Shown here in pieces: positions 1-19,100 of a stretch of DNA of 64,000 nt. Below the pieces are notes generated by a model that made no database searches, had not been told where the DNA came from, and saw only the letters and a list, made by a program, of their open reading frames with translations. The position numbers and the translations under genes are program-made. Source of the DNA: Bugula neritina (lineage: Eukaryota; Animalia; Bryozoa); contig OZ037771.1 of the NCBI GenBank assembly GCA_964035545.1, positions 8,983,408-9,047,407 of the forward strand, written 5' to 3'. The stretch's first letter is position 1. Each line of letters opens with the position of its first letter.

Positions 1-4459
<4,459 letters not shown>

Positions 4460-5609
4460 TTGCCACCCCTTCTGTCAACTGTACTGTTGGTGTTGCAAAG
4501 TGTACCAGACATTCTATAAATCGATATATTTCCCAGTTTTAGTATTAGTTTATGTTGGAGTGGTTAAAATACCTGCATCGCTTTTATTGTTTTTTAATAA
4601 TTAGTTTATATAAAAAGATGTTTTTGTGTATTCAGCACTTTTGATCATTTTATGAAATAATTAAACAAAAATTAATGCCTCTATAACATGACTGCTTGCA
4701 GACTGGAAATTGACGAGGTATTGGCTTGTTTTGATAATGTGAGTTGGTGCATCGATTGAGTTGTCACTTCTATGTGTTTTTAATAAGTTTGTTTTATAGT
4801 TTTTTGTAGTTGTATTGTACATAGTTTTCACAATTAAAAAGCTTAAAGCAGATCCGTGCATCTACTACTAAATGTTTAGTTATATAATAAATTGTTTTGC
4901 TCTGCATATGGTGAAGCAGAACATAGTATTTGTATAGTTATCACATATTGAACTATTTGAGTCTTATAGTTTAACCAATTATATTCAATGTGCTTTATTT
5001 TCTATTTAAATCTCAGTTTATTTTTAGAGAAATATAGTGTGTTTATATGGCAACACAAAATTATGTGTTTGGTGTGAGACATGAATGTATATTTGATACT
5101 CAGTGATTAGTGGGTGAAGCGATCTGTTAAGTCAGAACTCTGGAACTTTTGATGGCAGCCAGAGGTGTAGTTGCTAGTCTTGAAGACTTTGCATTACTCA
5201 CACTTTAGAGCAGAGTTTCAATAATCTCACAATATCAGTTTATCACTTTCCAAGATTACATTAAAATTTGAAAATATTAGTGTTTTTGTGTGAAGATAAG
5301 ATGGAGGCATTTCACTGGTCTGACAACACATGATTGCAGGCTACGCTTCATTGACTTATTATCTTGTCAATTTGTTGTCCACTGTCTGGGAACCAACAGC
5401 AGGGCTCAGGGGGTGAGAGGTTAGCCAGTTCAATAAAATAATGGGAACTTGTTACTTGTATTTAAAATAATGTTGAAATATTGCTGGTAAAACCTGTAAC
5501 TAATAGCAAACCACTTTACCATCTGCAGAATCATGCTGTTGTTAGATATGTGTTCACTGAATGAGTGCTGATTTCTGACCGGATTTAATATCAATAGAAG
5601 TCAGAAAGT

Positions 5610-8600
5610 ATGAAAGAGCAGGTAAGACACTAATCTTCTCCATTGACCTCTATATGCATGACCATATGATATGTGCAACTGTAGGCATTCTGTTCATGAT
5701 AATAAGTAACTGTAGAAGTTGGCAAGGCTGTGTAATATTACCAGATTGGTTGTGTGACTAATGTGACTCACAAACTGGTGAATTTTTTGGTGTTCAGAAG
5801 ACATTAGATTTACATTTAGAGACTTGTGATAAAATAGTTTAGATAAATTTAGGAGGAATAGACCGCTGTAATAAATACAGTATATGAGAGTGTAGAATAC
5901 ACATATAATTATCATATATTATTTATGTAATAAAGAGTGAATGCATGAGAGTTTATATTACATGTGTATATCTTATTCAATCAAAAGCTGAGGAGAATGT
6001 AATGGTGAGTGAGCCTCTTGAATCTTCAGAAGTTCCAGTGCCCATTCTAATATGATGCCATTTCCTTTCAGAGAGCAAAAGCAGTCTCAGTGTTCACTTT
6101 GTGGTCAATAATATGTCTACAATTAGCTTTTTTCCTGCTCCTGTCAATGCTCTATGTTTGGAGGGAGGGATCTCTAACATCCCACAGACTATTAGCAGAT
6201 ACTCAGAGTCAGCAAGTTGCTGAAAGGTCTACATTGTTAGTAAGTACTTCAAATAATGTTCCAACATCCAGTATCTGTAAAAAAGGTTTCTCCTTGTTGA
6301 AAAACCTCCTGTGCATGGGCTTATAGCCGCCATCCCTGTGAGAACACCTGGTTAATAGAATTCTTTTAGCAAAACTTTTTTTACTATTGTAGCAGAGAAG
6401 CGATTGTGATTGAATGCCCTTCTTAGTATCACCAAGAGATCAAATCACTAACATCCTGTTTACTAAACCATCACCTTAAATATTAAGCTAGAGACTCCTT
6501 TATCCTTGTTGAAAGCTATATAGGTCAATGGACATTGCGAACAAGCATATTGCTAGCAGCTCTGATTCAAAGGTTTCTCTTTGGTTCACTACATGAGCAG
6601 CTAGTGATGTGGAAGTTAAGTTTATGAATTAGGTTGTTTACCTGATTATTACATAGGAAATAACGCACTCTCCACCGAGACATGGAAAGAGAAAGTCTTC
6701 CCACAATAAGAGATACAGGCAACCTGGGACGGAATTGCACACTCTAAATTATGAGTACACTTTAAACCCTGCAGATAATGTATGCAATGAGCCAGTTTAT
6801 CTTCTAGTCTTAGTTGAATCTACTACACACAATGCCATGGAGAGAGATTACTTCAGAAAGAGGTGGAAATTGACAAATTACAACAACAAAAAGATTGCTA
6901 CTTTCTTTGTCACAGGTTAGTATTATTAAATGAATAGAGTTACTGACCATATTTCTGGTTATTACCCATCAGATGTTGTCATCACGACTGTTGGTCATGC
7001 TATGAGTCATGCTATTGAATTGCTACTATTAAATTCACTGTCTTTGGTATCGAAGCTGTTCCACATGAATAGAAGATGGAGGAGAGTTTTGACTACTTGC
7101 AAATATTTATCTCACTAAATCAAAACCTAAGTTCCTGTATATAAGTTATGGAAAAACTGGCTCTTGGTTTTTTTATTGTTTTATTAAACAGAAAAATATT
7201 TTAAGTGAACCAGTAGATTACTGTCGTCAAAAATTGTATTTATATGTTACACAATAACTTTTTGTTGCATACAAGGAGAAGTGCTGTTAGTGCCAGAATG
7301 TAGATTCATCCTAACTTAGGTTTATTATTTTGGGTTCGACCTTGTGAACAAAAATGGCTATTTCATAATATAATTAAACAGCCACTTATACTATAAAGTC
7401 TACCAGCCTCTCTCCCCCTCTTCTTCTGTCACTGTACCGTCACTTTGGACAGAATATATAAAGTGATATCGATGATACTTTTTATTTGTTATTGCAGCCC
7501 GCAGTGAAATAGCTATAGCGGACCAGTTGCTGAAATATGAACAAAAAAGGTAGATTGTACTGTTCGTGTTTTATTTAGATGAAGTTTAATTGAACAAATT
7601 CGTCAACATAAGTTTATGCAGTGCTAGACTCAAGCCACATTAAATCAAGTAAACCCTAATATCCTCAATCCAACCAACTTGAATTGATGTACTTGACTTT
7701 AAAATTTTAATTGACTCGATCATTGCAAATATTTTAAACTTGATCAAGTTAAGAAAGATGCCATTTATATAAATAATGGTTTTTGAATACTAGTTGATTT
7801 AAAGTATTTAAGTAATAATGTAGTAACATTTTATTATTCCATGAGCAATTTATACATGTCTAATTTCAGTGTTGATAAAAATGTTTAAAAATCATATCGC
7901 AAGTTGACTGTGTTTCATCTGATTAACTAGATTTTTGGAAATTAAATTGGCACAAGTTAAAAAAGTAGGTAAGAATGGCACACTGATGCTAAATTTCCAC
8001 AAACTTGCAATATTAACAATTTGCCAGTTTTACCTTCTTTTCCATTTATGCCATTAATACTTGACACCGATCAATGTAAAATGATGCTTTTAAAAGATTT
8101 ATATTCAATTTAAAAGTTTTACAATAATATTTATTGCAAAATTGTATTGAAATTCTTATTGCAGGGGTCAAAGCAAAATATAGCCGTGTTGAAGTTCGGA
8201 ATGATCTTTTTATTTTAGTTACATGCTAAACATAGGAAATTAATCTTTATCAGTTCATAATTACAAAGCATAAAATATTCAAGTAGTAATACAGTTATGA
8301 TGAAACAACCCTAAAATACCATAACAATAATATTTAGTAGTATTATGTATACAACTGAATGGTCTTTTATTACATAAACAACACTGCTGCTCTGAATTGT
8401 TAATCTGTAGTTGTTAGGTGCTCATGTATTGTAGATATGGTGATATTCTACATATTGATTTTCAAGATAGCTATAGGAACTTGACTCTCAAAACTATGTT
8501 AGGACTGCGATGGGCTGTAGACGAGTGCCAGTCTTTCAAATATCTTATGAAGACAGACGATGATATGATTGTGAATTTTGATGTACTTATCAGCTTACTA

Positions 8601-9573
8601 GAACGGCTACCATCTAACATAACTACAGGTAGTTATATGCAACATTAGTACTGTTTAAATCAAAATGTGCACACAAGAGTCATCCAAGTGCTAAGGGTGG
8701 TAGTTTTGGTAGATCTTTATACTGGAGTTATGATGTCAAACAAACCCCCAATAAGAAACAACTCTGACAAATGGCACGTCACACTAAAGGAATATCCACA
8801 CAGTAGATACCCTGACTACATGGGAGGTCCTGGATATGTTCTGGCATACCAAGCTGTCACCAAAGTTATAACTGCTAGCTACAATGTGCCCTTTATGCCA
8901 ATGGAAGATGTATTTGTAGGTAAGATATTGGCAATTGACCATTATTTGTTATAGCCGATTGCAGCCAAATAAATAATGTTAGAATGGTATGCTGAAGTTG
9001 CTGTCAATGTCAAACAACCATAAACTATGCAAGCGTTCAAAAGTAAAATATTCTAAGCTTGGACAATGTTGAATCCTACAAATCTAGACAAACAACCGAC
9101 CATATCAGTTGGAACATGAGTTGACCAACATTGTTTGCTGAACATTATACAGCGATTTATATATTTCAAAATGTAATTTTATGGCAGGTATTTGTGCGGA
9201 AAAGGCTGCGATACAAGGTTACAGCAGTGTGAGATTCTCTAACTGGGAGATTTGGGACTATTACAACTTCTGCTGGTTTAGAGAGATTGCAATCCTACAC
9301 AAAGCAGACTTTGTGGTGCGAGAAATCTACTACTACGACAAGTTTATTAACAGACATACTTTCAACTTCAATTCCTGGCAGAGAAATGATTTATACAATA
9401 CTTTAGAGTTTGCTCAGCAGCGAGTGAATGTGGAAAACCACGCCAACGAATTTATAGGCTATCCCATGGTGTACAAGTGCTCAAAGACTACTTGGGAAAG
9501 GATACGAGCCAGATGTATGTACAAACACATTGTTAACTGGAAGATACCGCTTGAAAAAATTATAGACATTTAA
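5610..9573 (+). CDS. Beta-1,3-galactosyltransferase-like (GT31 / Galactosyl_T), type II membrane protein
   Basis: Exons 5610-5621, 6072-6239, 6657-6915, 7498-7549, 8435-8628, 8713-8919, 9188-9573. N-terminal signal anchor (VFTLWSIICLQLAFFLLLSMLYVW) and GT31 motifs YGDILHIDFQDSYRNLTLKT, YLMKTDDD (DxD), YPDYMGGPGYVL and EDVFVGIC. The 4-codon first exon is tentative. Confidence 0.92.
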
Positions 9574-10108
9574 AATACAAACGAGAAGAAGACACCGTTT
9601 ATTTATAATAGTTGTTCATAATCATGGAGCTGACTCATATTTTCTTTCTGATAAGGAACATGTATATGCTGCTTCTGCAAAACTTTTATTAATAACATTG
9701 ATAAAATAGTCAGCTTATGCGTACCAGCAAACACGCGAGTAGTATAAGTCTCTCTAGGAGTATGAGAATTAGCAAAGACCAAGCGTGTCAAAATAGTAGA
9801 TATTCTGGTTAGCCTATGAACATTGCTACAATTTAATTTAGCATTGTCGGCCTACATGGAATAAATTAAGCCTTTCAATTAGCTATGCAGTCAGAATGTC
9901 ATCTACTACAAGGTAAATCAATGAATAGTTGGGCAGTTTATTTCTGTCCTTTGGTATCTTTCAGTGTATAATTAGAGGATTTTCTCACAGAGTAAGAAGT
10001 ACCCAGCAGGTCAAAAATTGTTATTTTTGGTATGAATATGGATGATTCAATAAGTTATTTATTAATTAATTATTTCAGTAAAAAGATGAAAATTTTATAC
10101 AATAATTA

Positions 10109-13100
10109 TTATAAATTCATTTGGCTGGAAAATTCTTTAGAAAGTTGTTGCATGACATCCTTGTGAGTGGCATGACGCTTTCGGACACTGGCATAGTTTT
10201 CCTAAAAACATAATCGAAAAAAAATATAGTGAATAATAATTTAGTTTCTAACCTGCAACATAGGTCATCTGAATAATTCTAAAGACCTGAATACTTGGTT
10301 TCAACAAAGTACAGAAAAAAAATCAGCAGCAACAGAGTGAGCTTGGAGGAAGCTCAGGAAGTTTATACTAAATATTTGTAATAGCAAGTTTACAGATACG
10401 CAGCACAGAACTTTGCTAACAACTTCAGGTCATATACATGCCGGGGGAAATCCTTTTTTTAATGAGCTGCAGTGCAATGTTTAGGTTTATCAACACCTAT
10501 AATTTATCCTGTGCTACGTTGAAAATTAACTCATTGACCCATCAAACTTTTAATTGACAACATCTATAAATTCCTATAATTTTCTGATACAAAAATAAAA
10601 AATGTTACATATTATTACTACAGGGTATAATAAACTCTTTCGAATTCATAAGCAATGATTCATTCTCAAAACTAGACATTAATCATAAGACACAGTTCTA
10701 AAAGGTTCAAAACTCGTTGAGACCGCTTGTTAAAAGTTCGGCCTAAAACTAGTAACTGTGAAATCTCTAAATGACTGAGCCCTCATGTTTGGATATGGCG
10801 AGCTACATACTTTGTGCTAAAATGTATTTGGTTGAGCGAAGGTTTGTGTGCGTACAGACTGAGCAAACATACCTTTACAAACATAGCAAATCGATTTGGA
10901 GTAGATTTAGCAGGAGTTGCTATCCCATTCTTGTCTCTGGAGAGCAACTCAAAGGTTCCTTTGCAGTAGCCGCACACTTTTGTAGCAGTATCTAAAGATT
11001 TTGAGTGACGACCAATCCTGTGAAATACAGCAGCAAAATACCAGTAACTTTTCGAACATTTATAAAAAGAAAATTGCCAAAAATAAAATAAACTTGTCCA
11101 AGAAAAGCTGTAATCAAACTGGAACGCTGACAACACAACCACCTCATTTGAAAAGTTGAAAATAATTCCATATCTGAAATGTGGCAAAGAAAGATTACAT
11201 GACCACAATTTTAAAATCAGTCAAGAAGTTTGACATTTCAGAACATGGTTGTGATACATAAGTCGATGTGAACATATTTTACTTACTGCTGGCCGCACTT
11301 GGTACATCTGTAGATAAATTTGGTGGTGATGTCATAGGAGTGGCACCGCCTAATTTGAGGTAGTTCTTTATGGGTCAACTCAGACTTTCTAGCCCAATAC
11401 TGCCAGTACCTGAGGAAACACACAAGTTGCAAGACTTAGTAATGTTCAAGTGCGAGTAGAGACTTAAACCATCATTAATAAACATGCCACTGGCAGCTTA
11501 AGCTATGAAAATACAGCTGCTCAGAATGGAATTATTACAACTACAGGCCTGTTACATGCAATTCTTTTTCTAAATGCACTGAGATATATTGCAAAGAATA
11601 TAACAAGATATTGCAATTAGAGTAGTAGCATATCAATCATGTGTTTTCACAGTGCATTGCTTAGAATAATCTCCTACTTCAAATTATAGCTTCTAGTACA
11701 CACTGAAAACTCCAGGAAAGCTAAGGATTCAAAACAACCAGAACAGCTCCAACCATCAATCATCTTGCCAGGTTTGAAATGAAATGAAATGAAAAAGACC
11801 ACTTTGGACAATAAAACTAACAAACAATGCAACCTCTGCCTATGGGAAAAATATTTCATAATATACCAGTCTAGCAAAGCAACCCTTAATAACAGGAATG
11901 AAATTTCATCTACATGCAGACATGCAAGAAAGCATTACCTGGGCAATATAACATAATGATGCAAGCCACAGCGATACCTAACTCAACTATTTTTATACTC
12001 TTTATTTAATTAGCTTTTTTTCAGTCGAAATAAATAGCTTTTTTAAACAGTGTGCTCTACATTTTATTTATTATTAGTCTGACACCTGACCAGTGCACAG
12101 TCAGCTGTACGAAATTAGATAGTAATGTGAGATTTGTTAAAAATAAAATATATACATATTATACATGACTTTCACAATCTGAAGCACTAAATTATATTAT
12201 TAGCTCTATCACCAGTGCTTTGCTGCATCTCTAACCAGATTCGCAGTCCTCATATATATAAGTATAGATAACATTCAAGTATATGCAGAAAGAAAAAAAC
12301 AGGTAGTGAGGCTTTTAGACATCATTAAAATATAAACTCCATTTCAAAGGCTGATCGCCAATACTAGAAGCCACTTTGATTGGTTCCTTAAATGTAACTA
12401 GTTTTACAGATCATTGTTATTTCTCATTCACATTCACGTTGTTTTGCAGCAATGGCACAAGCAATGGATATGCTCGATAACACTTGTTACAATGGGTCAT
12501 GATGATAGTTTCTATGAGGATGCTTTCAAGAAATGTCCTGAAGAAATTATATAAGTTAGCAAGGACAAGGCAAAAATGATGAAATGATATAGACAGAACA
12601 TTCATTAAAGATAAATAAGGCAAGATCATAAGTAAAATAGGACACAACAAGAGTAGTAACAAATGCTGGCAAAACAGGAGAAATAAGAGTGGAAGTTGGA
12701 CTACATCAGGGCTCAGCACTAAGCCCATTACTTTTTATAGTTATAATGAATGATCTGGTACTATGTGATGAGAGTAGAGACAGCATGAAGGAAAGATTGA
12801 AAGACTGGAGAAGGCGATTAGAAGATGTCGGCCTAAAAGTCAGGAGGTCTAAAACAGAGTGCCTACCACTAAAAGAAAGCAGTGATGACATCAAACTGAA
12901 GGAATATGATAGCTCTGACCATGCGACTTTGCCTCAAAAAGTCACTTTCAAGTACCTGGGAACTACAGTCTACCAGGAGGGAGGATGCAGGAAAGGCCTG
13001 TGCAAGTGCGCATTGGCAGAGCCTGGGATAAATGGAGGCAGCTGAGCGGGATTTTGTGTGAAGAGAAAGTCCCAAAGAGACTCAAGATTCTTATTTACAA

Positions 13101-16100
13101 TACAGTAATAGGATTAGTGCTATTTTACAGGGTGGAAACATGGCCGGTGACTGATTACCTTGTGGAGAGAGTGAGCGTATTCCAAATGAGACCAACGCAA
13201 GCACAAGGCAAAAAGCGAAAGTAATGAATGTATTAGAACTAATGAGAAGGCTACAGTGGTTTGGACATATATGCAGAAGAGAGAAAGGGTGCATGAGTTG
13301 AGAGTTGCAGGAAAAAGAAACCGGGGACGCCCAAAGCACAGATGGCATGATACTATCAGAAAAGAACTCCAAATCTATTCCCTCAACGAAAAGGACGCTC
13401 AGGACAGGGTTAGGCGGAGAAGCCTAATTGAGCTAGAACTCCGGCAGCCACCCGCTACCCGAAAAGGACAAAGCGGAGTTAGTAAGTAAAGTGTTTTCAG
13501 AGGCAAATTAACCACAGAAGAATTGCTATGTTTATGCAGGCCAGAGAAAAAGTATACGGAAATCAACAAAGAGCTACACAGGGTGTTCTTCAACCTAGAA
13601 AAGATGCATGACAACCTCTCAAAAGAGCAAACAATGTATTGTCTTATAACGTGCTTTAAAGCTACCTCTATATAAGTTGGAAAAACAACAAGCTAACTAG
13701 TATTTGAAGTCAAAACAAACAAACCAAAGCCTGAACAAGAGGATATTGAATAATTAGACTAAAAACTAATGTGTTTTTATCAAGTAAAGTGTTACTTGAT
13801 AAACAAACTAGTTATTTTATTAGCAAGAGAATAGAACGTTTGTATTAGTTTTTTTTTAACAAAAAGGAAAAAAGATTCAAACTGCCCGATGAATGAGCTT
13901 AAATTTTTTAGCCTCAATGAGGAAATATTGAATACTCCTCATAAAAGTATTATACCTTCACAGCAATTTACCAAATCTATGCCAAGTGTCGTGTTGACAA
14001 CGAAGAAGGGTGTGGAGAAATCACGTAGCGGTTGGGTAGCATATAAAAAATGTTACTTACAACATGACTGTCATAATGAAGCAGTTGATCCTCAAATAAT
14101 CATGAAAATTTATTACATGAAAATATTTTTTAAAAAGAACTCATCCCAAAGAGAACTAGAATAGGCTATATAAGCAATAATGACTCATTAGAATGAATCA
14201 TTATTGCTTTGGAGAGATGGAAAAAGTACAAGTTAACTAATACATTAGCATCAGAATTTCAGTTACACAGGCAGTTGAAGCATTTTGTACCAGAAAGTCA
14301 CTTTGACTTTAGGAATCAACATAACTGATAAGTAAATACTGTGCTTCACCTACGACATTTTGACACCCTATCGTTATTTACAAAAACTGTCTAATAGGTC
14401 CAACTTTAATTGAGCAGGTTTAATTGGGGTTTAGTAGACAGTTAGGCAGCAGCTTTCTTGGCCTTGCTGAGTAGCAGCACAACTAGGATGGTGATCAAGA
14501 CACCACCTTGAGCAATGGTGACACCCCCCAAAAGCCTGTTCAATTCCTCGTTTCAGATGGCCAGTTGCAGGTGATGTGGAATAATTCTGGTCTTTTTGTT
14601 ATCTTTGGCAGCATTACCTGCCAACCCCAAAACTCCAGCAGCCAAGTATTTCATCACAACAGCAAGGTAAACTGGGATGCTGGCACCAACTTGCTCGGCA
14701 TAGTCTGTAGATTCTTTCGACTGGGAATTGCAGTCTAGCCCTTGAAGACCTGGTCTTGCTTTTTCCTTAGGCCTTTCCTCCTTTTCCACGTCCAGACATT
14801 TTAAATTGATGTAATGATAGCAACAATATTTAGCTGCTTATGATTTGTTTGCATCAGGCCTGATTACTAAAACTATTAAGTTTGTGGAACTGATTTGAAA
14901 CTTTAAAACCTTTAATATACATATATCTGATGCTTCAAATGTGTGAAAAAAACATCACTTTTTGACTTTTTTCTTCAAGGCATCCATAAATGATTTGTTG
15001 AACGACATATTTATAGACTGGTTGTTTGAATAAACATGAATTTGACAACCATGTTTAAGACATTTACAACTGATTTGGTAAACTTTCATAGAATCTTCAA
15101 TAGCCTCAAAACAAAAAGCAGCAGGCTCCAGCCATAACTTTTTTAATAATACTAAGGAGTAAGATATCGGCTACTCAAATAGAATTCAACTAAGAAATCT
15201 ACATTAAAAGACATAATAGCATTATGGGAAGAAAAATGTACCATTTAACACAATAAATGCAAAAAAAGCTCTTTTAAGCTATACTTATACTTGAAGCTCA
15301 ATATGCACATTTGAAAACTGTAATAGCGAAGAGGTAAAGCTTGCCAAGTAGGGAAAAAGTAAACGAATATACAAGATATTTTAGACCGTTACTGCGCTCA
15401 AAAATTAAAACTTTGAACTGTAATGACATTCAGCTCTCTACAGTAACTGCCAGTTGCCATGTGGGTGAATGAAGACAAGAAATTAAAAAAAAACAAATTT
15501 GAAAATTCCCAAGTATTCAAAATAGGCAGGTTATGTGTAAATGATACTTCACAAAGCAACTCTGTGGTTTTTATTTCTTAAAATAACAAATAGAATTGAA
15601 GTATGTTATGTTTGTAGGGTTGCATTTTTATCATCTGATCGAATTGCAGCATCAACCAAAACAGCTATTATTAGTAAATTTCACTGGTAATTGATATGTC
15701 ATCCACCAGCTGCAGTAAACAAATATATGGAGAATGGTGGATAACATAAAATTCTACAATTGTTATATTTTTAGAATTGGTAGATTGAGCTAACTGGTAT
15801 TTGGATTCAAAACTAACAAACCAAACCCGAAATCACAGCACATTGAAACATTACTAACCAGAAATTCTGGCTAAGTTTGAAAGTAAGATGTGACTGAAAT
15901 TGTAAAGTAGCTGTTAACAGCGGGGCTAGATACACCTTTTGTTTTTGTTCTGTTCCAACAAAACCCTACGAACAGCTAAATAAAAAACAGTTGTCCTCGA
16001 GTAGAAAATAGCAAAACATTTTTAAGTTGGAAACAAACATTTAAAACAGTGAAAAAAATTGAAAAAAAAAAAAAGCACCAAAACAGTTAAGCTTGACATT

Positions 16101-19100
16101 AGTAACAGCAACATAAACATGTCCTACAAAGAGTTGAGCGTCATTAGGTGGCAAATCAGGAGAGTCTACACTCTGGAATATGGGACTGTGTAAAGACACT
16201 TCAAAAACTCTAGCAAGAGAAATCACCAATCTGACTTTTTCCAAGAGAGAAACTGAACATTTCTCTCAGCTTTCAAAGCCAATATCCCAAGACTAGGTGC
16301 ATCATCGATTGCACAGAAATATTTATATGCAAGCCACAAGCAAAGCCGGCACAGGCTTTAACATGGAGTGAGTATAAAAAAGCAAACAACTAAGTATCCG
16401 TTTGAAATCACACCTAGTAGCACCATCTGTTTCATTTTACCTGGAATGGAAGGTAGAGCCTCAGATAAATGCATAGGGGAGAGTGGGGTGGGTTAGGCAT
16501 ATGGGGAGGGTTGGTCACCCTATTATTTACAATTATCTAGTTCGCTTCAGCAGTTGTTATGGTAACATAAGGTCAAGGTTAACAGGACACAGCTTTCATT
16601 TTGTTTTCAAGTTTGCCAAGCACATTGTTGGTAAGTTATTCACAAAATATGCTTTTAGTGAACAAAAAGTAAATTTTAAGTCATCAGCTTAAATGAGTTG
16701 TAGAAAATTAATAAATAATATTGTGTGTCAAAATCTGCCAATCTTATCAACTATGCTTCACTATAGATATGTTGGACTCAAAATATCATCAGTTTATTAT
16801 TCACAAAGTTATGAGAGAAAATGTTACTGAGAGTCAATATGGGGAGGGTTGGGCATGCAGGTGCTCAACCCTCCCCATTAATTTTCAGCATGTTCAAGTG
16901 CAAAATATTGATATCAGCGAGATATTTTCAATAGCATTGCCTACCACAGGTAAATTCAGACAGGATTGTTGGACAAGATTTGTTATTAATTGCATTGCAC
17001 ACCACTGAATAAATAATTTAGATGATTTTTGGATACCAGAAAAATGCCAAGAAAGCATGAACGAAAAACCACAAGAAATACAAATCTTGATGCATTGGAT
17101 AAAGCAGCGAAGCTTGTTGAAAGAGAGAAAAAATCAGTCAAATCAGCAGCTTCACTGCAAGGTGTGTCAAGAAGTACCCTACAGAGCTTTTTAAAATGCA
17201 GCCCTTCAAAGAGAAAGACGTTTGGGTATTCAAATTGCTCACTAAAGGCTACCATATTTTCCACGTCAATAGAACTGAAGTTGGCTAACCATGTAAAAAA
17301 CCTTGATGACCGTTTTTATGGTCTAACACCCATGAAAGTCCGTGATCTTACGTATGAGTTTGCTAAAGCTAACAGTATCCCTCTACCAACTAGCTGGACA
17401 CTCAACAGAACTGCAGGTAGGTCTATAATTCTATTAAATATTACTATCTTTTGTTTGGCTACCAAGCCATCACCGAACTTGGCAAAACAATACGCATACC
17501 GGTAGAACTGTATTAAACTCTAGTAGAGATGCTATAATATTTCATCATTGTCAAACATGTTTTCGACAATTTAGGTGTAGACTGGCTAGAAGGTTTTAAG
17601 CAAAGGCACCACCTGGCATGTCTAAAACCGGAAGCCACTTCATTAGCCAAACAAGCAAGCTTCAACCCAACCACTGTAAAAAGATATTTTGAAAAGCTTA
17701 AAGATGCAATGAATAGGTATGTAAGCTAAATAACAGTTTTAAACTAGTGGAGAGCAAATTATGAAGTATATTAAAGGAAGTCAGTAAAACTGGTTGTCCA
17801 GAAGCATGTTTTAGAGACTCGAAAAACTTTTAAAAGTACATTTTAAATTAGCATTCCATGATGATAAAAACGTGTAATATACGCGAGTTTTTGTTCCAGA
17901 TACAAGTTTTCTCTCATTGAGATATACAATATTGATGAGCCTGGCTTTACTACAGCACAAATACAGTACCACCAAAGGTGCTGAGCACCAAAGAAAAGAA
18001 ACACGTTGGTTCGGTAACATCTGCTGAGCGTGGTGAATTATCCACAGTTGTATGCACAGTAAACGCTAGTGGGAACTACCTTCCACCATTTATAATCTTT
18101 CCTCAAGCAAAAATAAAAGATGTCTTTATGAATGGAGCTCCCCAGAAGCTAAGGGAGTAACAGCAAAATCTGGATAGATAAACTCACAAGAAATTTAGTG
18201 AATAATTTTTGCTGTTCTTCATAAATCATGCCAAACAATCGAAAGAAAAGCCTGTGTTGATGATCATGAATAACCATGAATCACATTTCACTTTGGCCGC
18301 GATTGATATTGCTCGAGCCTCTGGTGTTGTCATATTAACACTTTTTCAGCATACCCCCCACAAAAAAGCCAGTATATATGGACCCACGAAGAGTTAGTTC
18401 AATAAAGAATGTGGTAACTGGATGAGAACAAACCCAGGGAGGCAAGTGACAATTTATGAGATGGATAGCTTGGTTGGGCAAGCCTTTTTAAAAGCAATGA
18501 CACCCACTAACATTTTAGCAGGATTCCAAACATCAGGAATATTTCCATTTAACGTTTTTATCTTCTCAGAACATAATTTCTTACGTTCTTCCATTACAGA
18601 TGCTGTAAGCAATATTTTCACTGACAATGCGAGTTTTCTGTCTACTGAAACTCCTAATCCAGCCACTTCTACAACGTTGGCTAGAGATGAACAATATTTA
18701 GTTCAGGCACACATTGTGCTAGGAAAAAAATCCTGGCTCTTTGCCAAAATTTGAATAAAGAATATGTTAGCTTTTTGCAGCTTGTTCAGCTATTTTGTTA
18801 GCTTTTTGGTTATGTTATTTTTAATGTATTAGAAGTACTAGCAGCTCACTTGCCAGGAAGGCGCTATAAAGAGCTGATGTTTGTAAGTAGAATTATAATT
18901 TTGAAGTTTTATGTTTTTGTTGATGTTATTTGAAGTTTAGTTATGTATGTATTTTTGTGCAGGATGTAGTTATTTTTTGATATTTTGATAGAGTACAAGA
19001 CAAAGAGTAAATAAAATTCAAAGATTAAGAAAGTATTGCTCGATGCTTGTTGCTAGCCAACTCACTAAGCCATTCCTGGCACACACATATAAGGACACCA

